Source of the DNA: a virus
Lineage: Duplodnaviria; Caudoviricetes
Virus record (IMG/VR): IMGVR_UViG_3300049182_000081
Span: 1-39,567 of that record
Direction: 5' to 3' (one strand)
Length of the DNA: 39,567 nucleotides
Positions within the stretch are counted from its first letter, which is position 1; every line of letters begins with the position of its first letter. Shown one piece after another: positions 1-9,626 of this stretch. The notes beneath the pieces were generated by a model, which was not told where the DNA came from, made no database searches, and saw only the letters and a list, made by a program, of their open reading frames with translations. The position numbers and the translations under genes were made by a program.

Positions 1-294
1 CTGTTTTACCGCGCTGATCTCGGAAGCTGGTTCCCCATCGCGCCTCTCGAATTGACGGACGAAAGCCCGCTGCCCGCCGAGTTTGACGACCTTCTCGTGG
101 CGGGCACCGCGATCCGCCTGACTGCGCTCGACGAAATCAGCCCGCAGAGCGGCACCATGTTCATCTATGACCGGCTGCTCAAGCGGTGCAGCCAGCGGTA
201 TCGCCAGCCCGCCAACCAGCCCTACGACAGCCTCGCTATGACGCCTTCAATGCAGCCCTATGATGGGCGGGGTCAGGATGGTCGGCTATGGTGA
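1..294 (+). CDS. Head-tail adaptor/connector protein, C-terminal part (5'-truncated by window)
   Basis: Frame open from base 1 (LFYRADLGSW...PLPAEFDDLLVAGTAIRL); lies directly upstream of the gp10-like gene. Confidence 0.55.
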   Translation: MFYRADLGSWFPIAPLELTDESPLPAEFDDLLVAGTAIRLTALDEISPQSGTMFIYDRLLKRCSQRYRQPANQPYDSLAMTPSMQPYDGRGQDGRLW

Positions 295-1562
295 GCCTTC
301 CGCTTGCAACCTCTGATTGGCGGCGCAGTGTAGCGCAATCCACGCCGATCAAGTTGCTGAACCGCTATTTCGAGCAGAACCCTGCCAACCAAGTCGATCA
401 GGTTTCGCTCCTGACGCGACCGGGCTTGAAGCGTTGGCTGGAAGTCGGCACCGGTCCAATCCGTGGCATCTACAGCCAGCCGGGTAGCTTCTCGAACGCG
501 CTGTTCGTCATTTCGGGTGAAGAACTCTACCGCATCGACACGAACAATGTAGCCACGCTGCTCGGGGATGGTTTCTTCGCGGGCCGTCCTCGCGCGTTCG
601 CGTCCATGTCGGCCACCGCAGCGATCGGCAGCACTCCGGCGATGCTTTTCATCGCGGACGGCCAGACGCTCTGGCTGTATCTGGAAGATGGGTTCGCCAC
701 GGGCGTCCTGTCCTCGACTGGCGCAATCGTCAACGGCGATCAGGTTCGCATTGGCGACACATATTATCAGTGGACAAGCGGCAGCGTCAACAGCGGCACT
801 CCCGCTGGCACTTCGGGCGCACCTTGGCTTGTGGCGCTCGGCGGTTCCAACGCTGTCGCCTTCGACAATATGCGGCTCGCCATCAATGCCGAGGGCACAC
901 CGGGCACGACCTACAGCACGGCTCTCGTGGCGCATCCGACTGTGTTCTGCCGCTCGACCACCGCGACTAGCTTGGTTGTGCAGGCCAATGATGCGGGTGC
1001 GGCCAGCAACGCGATTGTGACGACCGAGACAGGCGCGAATATCGCATGGGGCGCCGCGACGCTCGAAGATGGCGGCACCGACAGCCTTACCCCTGTTGCG
1101 GTTCCCGACGACCTCCCAGCGGTCAGCGTGGGGTTCATCGCGGGCTACACGATCGTCGTAATCGGTTCGGCCCCGACAGGCTTTGCTGGCCGGTTCTTCT
1201 GGATCGAACCTGGCGAGACTTTCATCCGCCCGCTCAACTTTGCCACCGCCGAGCGCAGCCCCGACCCGCTCTCGAGCGTTCGGGTGATTGGCGACCAGTT
1301 TTGGCTGTTCGGCACCAGCACCACGGAAATCTGGTATCCGACCGGAAACTTCGAGGTGCCGTTTGCGCGTATCCAAGGCCAGTTGTTTGACCGCGGGATT
1401 GTCGAAGGCACCGATGTTCAGATCAAGGACAGCGTGGTGGTTGTCGATACTGACGGCGTGGTGTATATGCTGCGCGGTGGCCAGCCGCAGCGGGTTTCCG
1501 ATCACAGCATCGAGCAGCGCATCAGGGATGCCTTGCGGCTCCAGAAGGTTCTAGAAGGATAA
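288..1562 (+). CDS. P22 gp10-like tail hub / DNA stabilization protein, N-terminal half, with an inserted beta-rich domain
   Basis: LLTRPGL...GPIRG start, FATAERSPD, LFGTSTTEIW and RVSDHSIEQRI motifs typical of gp10-like proteins; ends where homologues continue. Confidence 0.8.
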   Translation: MVSLPLATSDWRRSVAQSTPIKLLNRYFEQNPANQVDQVSLLTRPGLKRWLEVGTGPIRGIYSQPGSFSNALFVISGEELYRIDTNNVATLLGDGFFAGRPRAFASMSATAAIGSTPAMLFIADGQTLWLYLEDGFATGVLSSTGAIVNGDQVRIGDTYYQWTSGSVNSGTPAGTSGAPWLVALGGSNAVAFDNMRLAINAEGTPGTTYSTALVAHPTVFCRSTTATSLVVQANDAGAASNAIVTTETGANIAWGAATLEDGGTDSLTPVAVPDDLPAVSVGFIAGYTIVVIGSAPTGFAGRFFWIEPGETFIRPLNFATAERSPDPLSSVRVIGDQFWLFGTSTTEIWYPTGNFEVPFARIQGQLFDRGIVEGTDVQIKDSVVVVDTDGVVYMLRGGQPQRVSDHSIEQRIRDALRLQKVLEG

Positions 1563-1566
1563 ACCA

Positions 1567-2667
1567 ATGGCGATCATTTGGGCAGATTTTCCGAGCGCGC
1601 AGACGGGGCTTTATGGCACCGACCGGAACCTTATGCTCAACGGCATTTGGGCGGGCTTTGAGGGTGCTGCTCCTGAATATGTGACTATTCAAAACGACCC
1701 TGACCCTGCAATTGGTGCGGCAGGACGCGTTTTGCGAACCCGCAACGCAAACTTCACTGTATCAGGCGCGCGGTTCGCCTTGCCCGCTGGCCCGACCGAA
1801 ACGGTTGGCGTCGGCGCGCGCCTCTGGCTTAGTGAATTGCCGTCAGGGAATTGGAGTTCATCGGGAGGGCCGCTGATCGAGTTTCGCACCAGCGGGAACA
1901 TTACAATCGCGGCCCTGACCGTCTTGGCCAACGGAGCGATCGCGTTGGCGACTAATGCCACAGGCGGCACGACGCTTGGCTCGACCGCTGGCCCTGTGGT
2001 TGTGGCCAACGCCTACAACCACGTCGAGGTCAAATTCAAGCGCAGCGCCACCGTGGGCGAGTGCGAGGTTCGGGTAAACGGCAGCGCCGTTTTGACCCTA
2101 ACCGGCCTCGCGCTCGGGTCGTTGAACCCCGCAATTCTTTCCCTTGGGTCGAACAGTCGCCCTGGCGTTACGACCGACTGTATTGCGTCTTGGAAGGATA
2201 TTGTGTTCTGGGATACCACGACCAGCTTCGGGAACGATTTCCAAGGCTCGGTGTCGGTGCGCGACCTTATCCCCGATGGCGATGCGGCGCTCAACTGGAC
2301 GCCTTCGACCGGCTCGACCGGCTTCCCGATCCTCGACAACTCGCCGCCGAACGACGCGGAGTATATCTCCGCCGGCGACCCGCCGCCCGATCCTGCGCGC
2401 TTCACGCTCACGAACCTGCCTGACGATGTGACCACGGTGCGCGCTCTCCTGCCTATCCTGCGCGCTCGCAAGACGGATGGCGGCGACTGCAACATCCAGA
2501 TGGGCCTCTCGCCGGATAACGTCGATTGGACGGTTGGCGCAGATCGCCCGATGACCACCGCGTTCACCTACTGGTGGGATGTGTCCCCGACCTCACCCGA
2601 CACGCTGGTTGCGTGGACGCCGAGTGAGGTCAACGGCGCGCAGGTGCGCGTGGATCGCACGTTGTGA
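1567..2667 (+). CDS. Putative virion receptor-binding / lectin-like beta-sandwich protein
   Basis: 366 aa, G/S/T-rich; YNHVEVK...GECEVRVNG resembles LamG/ConA-like strands; AAGGA RBS upstream. Confidence 0.55.
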   Translation: MAIIWADFPSAQTGLYGTDRNLMLNGIWAGFEGAAPEYVTIQNDPDPAIGAAGRVLRTRNANFTVSGARFALPAGPTETVGVGARLWLSELPSGNWSSSGGPLIEFRTSGNITIAALTVLANGAIALATNATGGTTLGSTAGPVVVANAYNHVEVKFKRSATVGECEVRVNGSAVLTLTGLALGSLNPAILSLGSNSRPGVTTDCIASWKDIVFWDTTTSFGNDFQGSVSVRDLIPDGDAALNWTPSTGSTGFPILDNSPPNDAEYISAGDPPPDPARFTLTNLPDDVTTVRALLPILRARKTDGGDCNIQMGLSPDNVDWTVGADRPMTTAFTYWWDVSPTSPDTLVAWTPSEVNGAQVRVDRTL

Positions 2668-3518
2668 CCGACGCACAAGGCTCTCAACTCCGTGTTCGCT
2701 CTCTTGGCGAAGGAACGGACGCGCAAGCCTCGACGCTCGACGTTCGGGCCATCTACAACTTCCCCTCGGAACAGGGCGACGTTTCCAAGGTCAGCGTTCG
2801 GTCGTTCGACGAAGGCGCTCCGGTGGCGCAGGTGCCGCAGCTTTTCGTGCGCGCCATCTACAATGGCCGACCGGACAACCGCACCTCGCGCGCGTGGAAC
2901 TTCTCGCTCGACGGGCACGAAATGTATGTCCTGCGCCTTGGCGAAGAACGCTCGCTGATCTTCGACCAGTTGACAGGCCAATGGGCGCAGTGGGCCAACG
3001 CCGACCGCCCGACTTTCCGAGCGCACCTAGGACAGAACTGGATTGGCATGGGACGGGTGAACTATTTGAGCGGCGCATCGACGCAGGTTGTTGGCGCCGA
3101 CGATACTCTCGGTGTTCTGTGGACGCTCGACCCCGAGCAGGGCTACGATGAAGAAGCCGTTGCACCGGAAGAAGGCGCGTTGCCGGAGCGCGTCTATTTC
3201 GAGCGCATCGTCACGGGCGGCCTGCCGATGCGCGGTCGCCCGTCGCCGCGCCTGAACGCGGTATTCGCCACGATCGCCAACGGCTCGCCCGAGTTTGAGA
3301 CGGCGGCGATTACGCTGCGCACCAGCGGCGATAGCGGCAATACTTGGTTCGACCACGGCACCGTCACGATCCAGCCGAGTGAGTTCGCGCAGGAAATCCA
3401 TTGGCGCTCTCTCGGCCTCGTCAAAGCACCTGGCCGCATCTTCGAGTTCTCCGACACGGGCGCGACGGTTCGCATCGATGGGGTTGACCTGAACATCGAC
3501 CTTGAGGGCCGTTCCTGA
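2664..3518 (+). CDS. P22 gp10-like tail hub, C-terminal half
   Basis: FSLDGHEMYVL..IFDQLTGQW, LRTSGDSGNTW and IHWRSLG..RIFEFS match gp10 C-terminal motifs; GTG start overlaps upstream TGA. Confidence 0.75.
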   Translation: MTDAQGSQLRVRSLGEGTDAQASTLDVRAIYNFPSEQGDVSKVSVRSFDEGAPVAQVPQLFVRAIYNGRPDNRTSRAWNFSLDGHEMYVLRLGEERSLIFDQLTGQWAQWANADRPTFRAHLGQNWIGMGRVNYLSGASTQVVGADDTLGVLWTLDPEQGYDEEAVAPEEGALPERVYFERIVTGGLPMRGRPSPRLNAVFATIANGSPEFETAAITLRTSGDSGNTWFDHGTVTIQPSEFAQEIHWRSLGLVKAPGRIFEFSDTGATVRIDGVDLNIDLEGRS

Positions 3519-4417
3519 TGGCACTTCCTCCCCGCCAGCGCGTCACGCCGCTGAATTGGCAAACGCCGATGGTCGATCCGGCGACGGGCTACCCCACGCC
3601 GCAGTTCATCCGCCTCTGGCAGCAGCTTTTTGGCAACGAGGAAGGCACTTCGGCAGAGGCTTCGACGGCCCTGACCGACGCCGAAGCCGCCCTCGCCGCT
3701 GCGGAAGCCTTGGAAGCGCGGAACATCAATACAGGCTTTGGTCTGTCGGGCGGAGGCAACCTTACTGCCGACCGAACGCTTTCGCTCGGCAATCCGGCGC
3801 TGACCGACCCGAACGCGGATCGCGGCCTATTCTGGGACGACAGCGCAGGCAAGTTGGATTGGCTGACCTTTGGCACGGGGCTTACAGTCACCGGAACCAC
3901 GCTGGAAGCCAGCGGCGGGGGTGGGGGCGGTGGCTCGTCTGATCGTCTTTTGCCAATACTTACTTTGGCGCCTTCTTTTAACGGGGGGCCAAATATTAAC
4001 TCGACGCAAATGACCTTTGTAAGCGGTTACGCCTCGAACGCCAACCCGATAACAGGGATCGCGGTTCCGATCACCTTAACAAGTGGCGCGGTGTCCCTAG
4101 CACCCTGTATCTATAACGGCGGTTCTTCTTTGCTGACCGCAGTGAGTAGCTTACCTCTCGTGGCTTCTGGCCCTTCCGTTCTGTTGACCGCAGGGGCCGT
4201 AAACTCAATCCCGTTTTCGGCCCCTTTTGTCCCGATAGTTGGTAATTTCTACTACATTGGGTTTTGTGCAACAGGGGGCAGCAATTGGACTTGCTCGGAA
4301 AGCCAAACGAGCCGGCGTTTTTGGTTCGCAGGGGGGACGTTTAATCCTCCGCCGGCTACGTCTCCCGCTGGGTTCACCTCGTTCGCAAACAACGGCTTGA
4401 CTTGGTGGACATACTAA
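3518..4417 (+). CDS. Tail needle/fibre protein
   Basis: N-terminal PMVDP.TG.PT..F.R.W anchor, short helical part, GLSGGGNLTADRTLSL fibre motif, poly-Gly linker, then a beta-rich C-terminal domain. Confidence 0.7.
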   Translation: MALPPRQRVTPLNWQTPMVDPATGYPTPQFIRLWQQLFGNEEGTSAEASTALTDAEAALAAAEALEARNINTGFGLSGGGNLTADRTLSLGNPALTDPNADRGLFWDDSAGKLDWLTFGTGLTVTGTTLEASGGGGGGGSSDRLLPILTLAPSFNGGPNINSTQMTFVSGYASNANPITGIAVPITLTSGAVSLAPCIYNGGSSLLTAVSSLPLVASGPSVLLTAGAVNSIPFSAPFVPIVGNFYYIGFCATGGSNWTCSESQTSRRFWFAGGTFNPPPATSPAGFTSFANNGLTWWTY

Positions 4418-4842
4418 TGATCGACCAAGCCCTTCTCGACGCGCGGCTCGACGAACCGGATGCGCAAGGCATGGTCATGCCCGACTTCAACAGCGCCGAA
4501 TGGCTGGCAGACGAAACAAATCTGTTGTTGACCGAAAACGGGAATGACATTGTGATGCTTGAAGGCTATGGGGAAGGTGTGTATAACGTCCACTGGTTGC
4601 TGGCTTCTCGCGGCAAAAAAGCACTTGCTTCCGCAGAGAGACTCCTTCGCCGCGCCTTTGTCCAACACGGAGCCACACTGGTTTTTGGTTGGACACCCGT
4701 TCACTTGCGGGCTGCGCGCTGGTTCAACCGAAAGATCGGCGGCAAATCGTTAGGGGTACGGGGAACCGATTGGGGGCCAATGGAGGGCTTCTCCATGACC
4801 CGCGAACAATTTGAGGCCCGATATGTCCTTTCTGACAGGTAA
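4417..4842 (+). CDS. GNAT-fold protein of the podovirus tail/ejection region
   Basis: Y.VHW...SRGK.A and GWTPVHLRAARWFNRKIG patterns; position before ejection genes; TAATG overlap gives start 4417. Confidence 0.65.
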   Translation: MIDQALLDARLDEPDAQGMVMPDFNSAEWLADETNLLLTENGNDIVMLEGYGEGVYNVHWLLASRGKKALASAERLLRRAFVQHGATLVFGWTPVHLRAARWFNRKIGGKSLGVRGTDWGPMEGFSMTREQFEARYVLSDR

Positions 4843-5503
4843 GCGCGCAAAGAACAAAGCCTACCAGTGGCTCCAGTCGTCCTTCGGCCCGCTCGCGCAG
4901 CAGCAGGGTCAGATGGGCCAGCAGTTCCTCGGCGCTTACCAAGGCGCGCTGGGGCTTGGCGACGACGAGCAGTTCAACACTGGCTTCGACCGCTTCAAGC
5001 GTTCGTCGGGCTATCAGAACGTCCTGAACGAAACCATGCGCGGTGTGACTGGCAGCATGGCGGCCCGTGGCCTTCTGGCTTCCGGCTCGACCTTGCGCGC
5101 CTTGCAGGATCGCTCCAGCCAACTCGCGCAGCAGACCTATGGCAACTATCTCGGGCAGGTTCTCGGCGGCGCGCAGACCGCGTTCGGGGCTTCGCAGGGC
5201 TATGCCAATACCATCGCAGGCGCGGGCCAGGTTGGCGGCACCCAAGGCGCTCTCAGTGGTATCGGCGCTCTTGGCCAAGGGATCGGCGGTTTTGCTTCGG
5301 TGTTTCGATCGGATCGGCGTCTCAAGGATGATATCAAGCAGGTCGGCACCCGCGCGGACGGCCTCGGCATCTATGAATACACGATGCGGCATACCGGCGA
5401 ACGCCAGATCGGCGTGATGGCGGATGAAGTGGCGCAGCTTCGCCCCGAAGCCCTTGGCCCTGTGGTCGAAGGCTACGCCACCGTTCGCTACGACTTGCTG
5501 TAG
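4823..5503 (+). CDS. DNA ejection/pilot protein (gp7-like) with C-terminal S74 chaperone-like domain
   Basis: G/Q/A-rich; SSGYQ...AARGLLASGSTLRAL pilot motif; SDRRLKDDI...GIYEY...GVMADEV...PEA...VRYD. Confidence 0.75.
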   Translation: MSFLTGKRAKNKAYQWLQSSFGPLAQQQGQMGQQFLGAYQGALGLGDDEQFNTGFDRFKRSSGYQNVLNETMRGVTGSMAARGLLASGSTLRALQDRSSQLAQQTYGNYLGQVLGGAQTAFGASQGYANTIAGAGQVGGTQGALSGIGALGQGIGGFASVFRSDRRLKDDIKQVGTRADGLGIYEYTMRHTGERQIGVMADEVAQLRPEALGPVVEGYATVRYDLL

Positions 5504-5512
5504 GAGCGCCCG

Positions 5513-6325
5513 ATGAGCGGATATCAGAACGCGCTGGCCGCTACCCTCGCACCGCAGGCAATGGGCCAGCAGGCGAACGTGCTTGCCTCGGTGATGCGTC
5601 CTGCGCAGAACCAGACCCAGCAGACCTCGCAGGAACCGCCGAAGCGCAAGCGTAGCTTTGCCGAAGTGGCTGGCCGGATCGGGGACGTTCTCGCCATCAT
5701 GGGCGGGCGTGAACCGATTTATGATGCTTTCGCACGGCGCGAACTGGCTGACGCACAGGCGCAGGAGCAGCGTGAAGTGCTGGTCGAGTTCGCTGGTGGC
5801 GCGCAGACCCCGCAGGACGTTGCGCGGGCCATCGCGCGCGGCATTGACCCGAGCGCCCTGAAAGCCTTGCAGCGCCAATCTGCCAGCGGTGGTGCGGGGC
5901 CTGCGAGCATCCAAGAAATCGAATATCTGAACAACCCGAACATCCCGCTGGAGCAGCGTCAGCAGTTGGCGCAGTTCATCAACAATCGGGACGCGGGGCG
6001 CGCGGTTATTGGCTCGGCTGACACCGGCTTCTACACCTCGCCCGTGTTCTCCCCGATCGCGGTGCCGGGTCAGGTCATGGCGCAGCCCGCACAATCTGCT
6101 CCGCCCGCACCCACGCAGGCCGAACCAGCGGCACAGGCGGGCAACGTGTTCTCGATGCCTGACTTGCAGCGCGTGGCCCGTAGCTTCCCGACCGCCGAAG
6201 CCATGATGGGGTGGATGCAGCGCAACAGCGTTGTCGTTCGCGTGTCCAGTCCGCAGGAAGCAGCAAATCTGCCGCGGGGGACGATCATTGAAATCCCTGG
6301 CGGTCAGCGAAAGGTAGTGCCCTGA
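5513..6325 (+). CDS. Ejection (internal virion) protein 2
   Basis: 270 aa, A/Q-rich; AGGAG RBS; position between pilot and large ejection protein. Confidence 0.6.
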   Translation: MSGYQNALAATLAPQAMGQQANVLASVMRPAQNQTQQTSQEPPKRKRSFAEVAGRIGDVLAIMGGREPIYDAFARRELADAQAQEQREVLVEFAGGAQTPQDVARAIARGIDPSALKALQRQSASGGAGPASIQEIEYLNNPNIPLEQRQQLAQFINNRDAGRAVIGSADTGFYTSPVFSPIAVPGQVMAQPAQSAPPAPTQAEPAAQAGNVFSMPDLQRVARSFPTAEAMMGWMQRNSVVVRVSSPQEAANLPRGTIIEIPGGQRKVVP

Positions 6326-9093
6326 TGCAACAGCAAGACCCTTGGGCCGCTTTCCCTGATGCGCCGGGTTCCGCACCCGCGCCGCGTCAGCCCGCTCCTG
6401 TAAATCAGCAAGCCCCGCGCGCGCCCGTTCAGCTTTTGCCGCCGCTTCCGAACCCGCGCAAGGACGCGGCGGAACAGCGCGCCGCTGCCGCGCAGGCTCG
6501 TGCTGATGCCGCCGAACAGCGCGCGGCGCAGACCGCTGCGTTCAATCAGGAAGCCACGCTGCGCCGCCTCTCTTTGGCGGAGCAGGAAGCCGCGCGCAAA
6601 GCCGCGAAGGACGGCGAAGCGCCTGAGGACATTACCGCCCGCATCGGCACCAAGAAGGATCGGCTCGACCGCGCCGAAAGCCTTCTCGGGGTTCTGGCGG
6701 ATGTGCGCCGCTTGGCCCGTGAACCGCTCACCACTGGCCGTATCGCGGGCGGGGTCAACGCCACGCCGGTTGTTGGCGCGCTGCTCGGCCAGAGCCGCAC
6801 CGACCTCGAAGGCTCGCTCGCATCGCTTGAAGGCGATATCATCCAGCAGATTGCCGGTGAAATGGCCGACGCCAACCAAGGCGGGGTGAGCAAGCTGCTC
6901 GACAATCCCGAGGAACAGCGCCGCGCCATTTCGGCCATCGCTAACCTCGACCCGAACCAGTCCCCCGAGCAGTTTCTCAAGGGGCTGGATCGCGCCGAGA
7001 ATTTCCTGCGCCGTCGTCGCGATACCCTGCGCGGTGAACTCGGGCCTGAAACCCAAGCACAGGCTGGAACCGCCCCGCCGCCCGAGCGCACCGACTTCAC
7101 CGTTGGCGGTTTCACGCCGAAGGTGCGCGACCTGTCCGGTTCTGACCCTGACAGCAAGATCGAGTTCGAGGCCAACCTGTCGGAAATGCTGCGCCGCGGT
7201 GCCAGCGCCGAGCAGGCGAGCGCGTGGGCGCAAGCCGTTGGCCGTCCGATTGTCAACCCGCGCGAGTTGCAGCAGGCGGTAGAGGCATACCGTGCGGGCT
7301 ACACCGGCCCGATCAATGAATACCAGCGCGACGGGGCGACCATCGGGCAGGCCAGCATTGGCGCGGCCTTTCGCGGCGCGAGTGACGCGGGCCTTCTGAA
7401 TTTCGCTGACGAAGCCACCGCGCTTGTCCGGTCGGCGGTTGACCCGAACATGACCTACGCGCAGGCATGGGAAGCCGAGCAGGCTTCTCGCGCTCTCGAT
7501 AACGCTGGTGCGCGGGATATAGGCCAGATCGCGGGCGTTGCGGCCACTCTGCCGATTTCGCTCGGGGCGCGGCTTCTCCAAGCCCCGACGCTCACCGGCC
7601 AAGCACTCCGCGGTGCGGGCGTGGGTGCGGTGACAAACGCGGCGGCGGGCATTGGCGCGGCTCCGATGGGCGACCGCTTCCAGACCGTAGGCACCGACTT
7701 GGCTATCGGCGGCGTGACGGGCGGCGCGGTTCCGGTTGGCTTGCGCCTCGGCTCCGCAGCGGGCGGCGCGGTGCGCAACTTCCTGCCTGGTGGCGCTGAT
7801 CGCCAAGCCGCCGAAGCCCTTTCCGAATTGCAGATCACGCCGGATGTGCTGCGCCAGCGCGCCGCCGAGTTCGTGCGCATCAACGGTCGCCCGCCGCGCA
7901 TCGCGGAGTTGCTCGACCCCGATCAGGCCGCGCGTTTGCAGCGCAACCTCGCGCCCGCCGATGATGCGGTGGCCCGTGCGGTTGCCGAAGCCGAGGCCGC
8001 GCAGCGGGGGCTGCCGACCACCCTTTCGGGCCGGATCGCGGAAGGTGGCCCGATTGAAGGCGTGGCCGCAGCCGAACTGCGCACCCGCCAACAGGGCGAC
8101 ATTGACTTTGGCGAAGTGCGCGATGTGCAGGCTCCGCTCGGGCCGCAGGCGCAGATGTATTTCATGGAAGCGATTTTGCCCAACGCTGGCCTTTCGCCGC
8201 TCGGGCAAGCACAGGCTCGTGAGGCAATCGAGAACGGTTCGATCAGTCTCGGCCTCATGGATATCATGCGGAAGAACCTGCGCGCCCGCAGCACCCGCAA
8301 TCCGGGCGAAGGCTTCGATGCTTTGGCCGATGAAGTGCAGCATTTCATGGCCGAGATCGACCCGCGCGCCGCCGAAGCCATTGACCGCTACGCCCGCAAC
8401 GCTGTTCGCTCGGAAGCCGTTGACCTAGGTCAGACCGCCGTGCGCCCGACCGAAGGGGTCAACTTCCCCGAGCAAGTTGCGTCGATGCGTTACAGCGGCC
8501 CGAACGCCACGCGCGATGTGTCGGGCGAGATCACCGAGGGTCTGTCGCTTGGCGCGCGTTCGGCGGCGTATCGGGATGCGCTTGCCAATCCCGCCAGCGC
8601 CTACCGCCTGATGCGCCAACTCGACGAAAGCCCCGCGTTGGCGCAAGACCTCCGGCTCGCCCTTGGCGACGCAGAGGCCACCCGCTTGATCGAGTTCGCG
8701 CAGACGCAGCGCCGCGCCGTGGACAGCCTTTCGGCGCTCTCCGGCACTCCGGCCAACCAAGTCGCCTCGCAGTTGGACGACGCCAAGGCGATCGTGGACA
8801 GCGTGGTTGCTGGCGGGCGCGGTGCGGGCGGCGCGATGGTGTCGGGCATGGCGCAGCGGTTTGCGCGCCAGCTTGGCTTGGGTCAGGGGCCGGCGCGCCG
8901 CTTGGCGGAAAAACTGTTCGAGCCTGGGCAGTTCGAAGCCACCGTCCGCGCGCTGGAAAAGCGTTCGGGTAAGCGCGATCGCGCGCGGGTCGAAGAAATC
9001 ATCCGCGATCAGATTATCCGCAACTTCTCGCAAAACGACGAGCGGCAAATGACGACCGCGCGCGAGTCCTATCGTCAGCAACTTGAACGTTAA
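6325..9093 (+). CDS. Large ejection (internal virion) protein
   Basis: 922 aa, Ala/Gly-rich and helical, with glycine-zipper-like segments; last gene before the lysis region. Confidence 0.7.
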   Translation: MQQQDPWAAFPDAPGSAPAPRQPAPVNQQAPRAPVQLLPPLPNPRKDAAEQRAAAAQARADAAEQRAAQTAAFNQEATLRRLSLAEQEAARKAAKDGEAPEDITARIGTKKDRLDRAESLLGVLADVRRLAREPLTTGRIAGGVNATPVVGALLGQSRTDLEGSLASLEGDIIQQIAGEMADANQGGVSKLLDNPEEQRRAISAIANLDPNQSPEQFLKGLDRAENFLRRRRDTLRGELGPETQAQAGTAPPPERTDFTVGGFTPKVRDLSGSDPDSKIEFEANLSEMLRRGASAEQASAWAQAVGRPIVNPRELQQAVEAYRAGYTGPINEYQRDGATIGQASIGAAFRGASDAGLLNFADEATALVRSAVDPNMTYAQAWEAEQASRALDNAGARDIGQIAGVAATLPISLGARLLQAPTLTGQALRGAGVGAVTNAAAGIGAAPMGDRFQTVGTDLAIGGVTGGAVPVGLRLGSAAGGAVRNFLPGGADRQAAEALSELQITPDVLRQRAAEFVRINGRPPRIAELLDPDQAARLQRNLAPADDAVARAVAEAEAAQRGLPTTLSGRIAEGGPIEGVAAAELRTRQQGDIDFGEVRDVQAPLGPQAQMYFMEAILPNAGLSPLGQAQAREAIENGSISLGLMDIMRKNLRARSTRNPGEGFDALADEVQHFMAEIDPRAAEAIDRYARNAVRSEAVDLGQTAVRPTEGVNFPEQVASMRYSGPNATRDVSGEITEGLSLGARSAAYRDALANPASAYRLMRQLDESPALAQDLRLALGDAEATRLIEFAQTQRRAVDSLSALSGTPANQVASQLDDAKAIVDSVVAGGRGAGGAMVSGMAQRFARQLGLGQGPARRLAEKLFEPGQFEATVRALEKRSGKRDRARVEEIIRDQIIRNFSQNDERQMTTARESYRQQLER

Positions 9094-9104
9094 GGAGAAA
9101 GCCA

Positions 9105-9200
9105 ATGCCACCTGATCCGCCGCCCGTCCCGACCCCCACCCCGACGCCAACGCCGACCCCGACGCCAACGCCGACCCCCAAACCGACCAAGGATGGATAG
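9105..9200 (+). CDS. 31-aa Pro/Thr-repeat peptide MPPDPPPV(PT)8PKPTKDG
   Basis: Strong TAAGGAG RBS 7 nt before ATG; synonymous codon variation within the PT repeat; too short for the supplied ORF track. Confidence 0.65.
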   Translation: MPPDPPPVPTPTPTPTPTPTPTPTPKPTKDG

Positions 9201-9209
9201 GTTCTCGTC

Positions 9210-9626
9210 ATGATGACTCTGTGGACGCTTTGCCTGCTTGCGCTCGCCTTTCTCGTGAAGGGCAGTGCGATGTGGCGCGCTTGGGCCACCTTGCTCGCGG
9301 CTTCGATCGCGGGCAAAGCGTTCCCTGACCCAACCATGTGGGTTCTGATCGACCTTACCGCGGCAGCAATTGTGATATTTCCGCCACGTAAAGGTTTTCA
9401 GAAGGCCATCGCTGCCCTGTTTGGTGCTATGCTGTTCCTCGAACTTGGCTGGCTGCTCTCCCAACGTATGAACGTGGAGTATGTTGTCAGCGCGGGTTCT
9501 TTCTTCGGCTGGCTGCAACTCGTGGCCTTACTGATGTGGGGCCTCGATGAACGGTTTGGATTTCGCAGTATCCATGATTGGGTTCTTGGGCCTGATTTGG
9601 TTGGCCCAGGAATTGCTCAAAAATGA
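9210..9626 (+). CDS. Multi-pass membrane protein upstream of the lysis genes
   Basis: 138 aa with about 4-5 hydrophobic segments. Confidence 0.7.
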   Translation: MMTLWTLCLLALAFLVKGSAMWRAWATLLAASIAGKAFPDPTMWVLIDLTAAAIVIFPPRKGFQKAIAALFGAMLFLELGWLLSQRMNVEYVVSAGSFFGWLQLVALLMWGLDERFGFRSIHDWVLGPDLVGPGIAQK

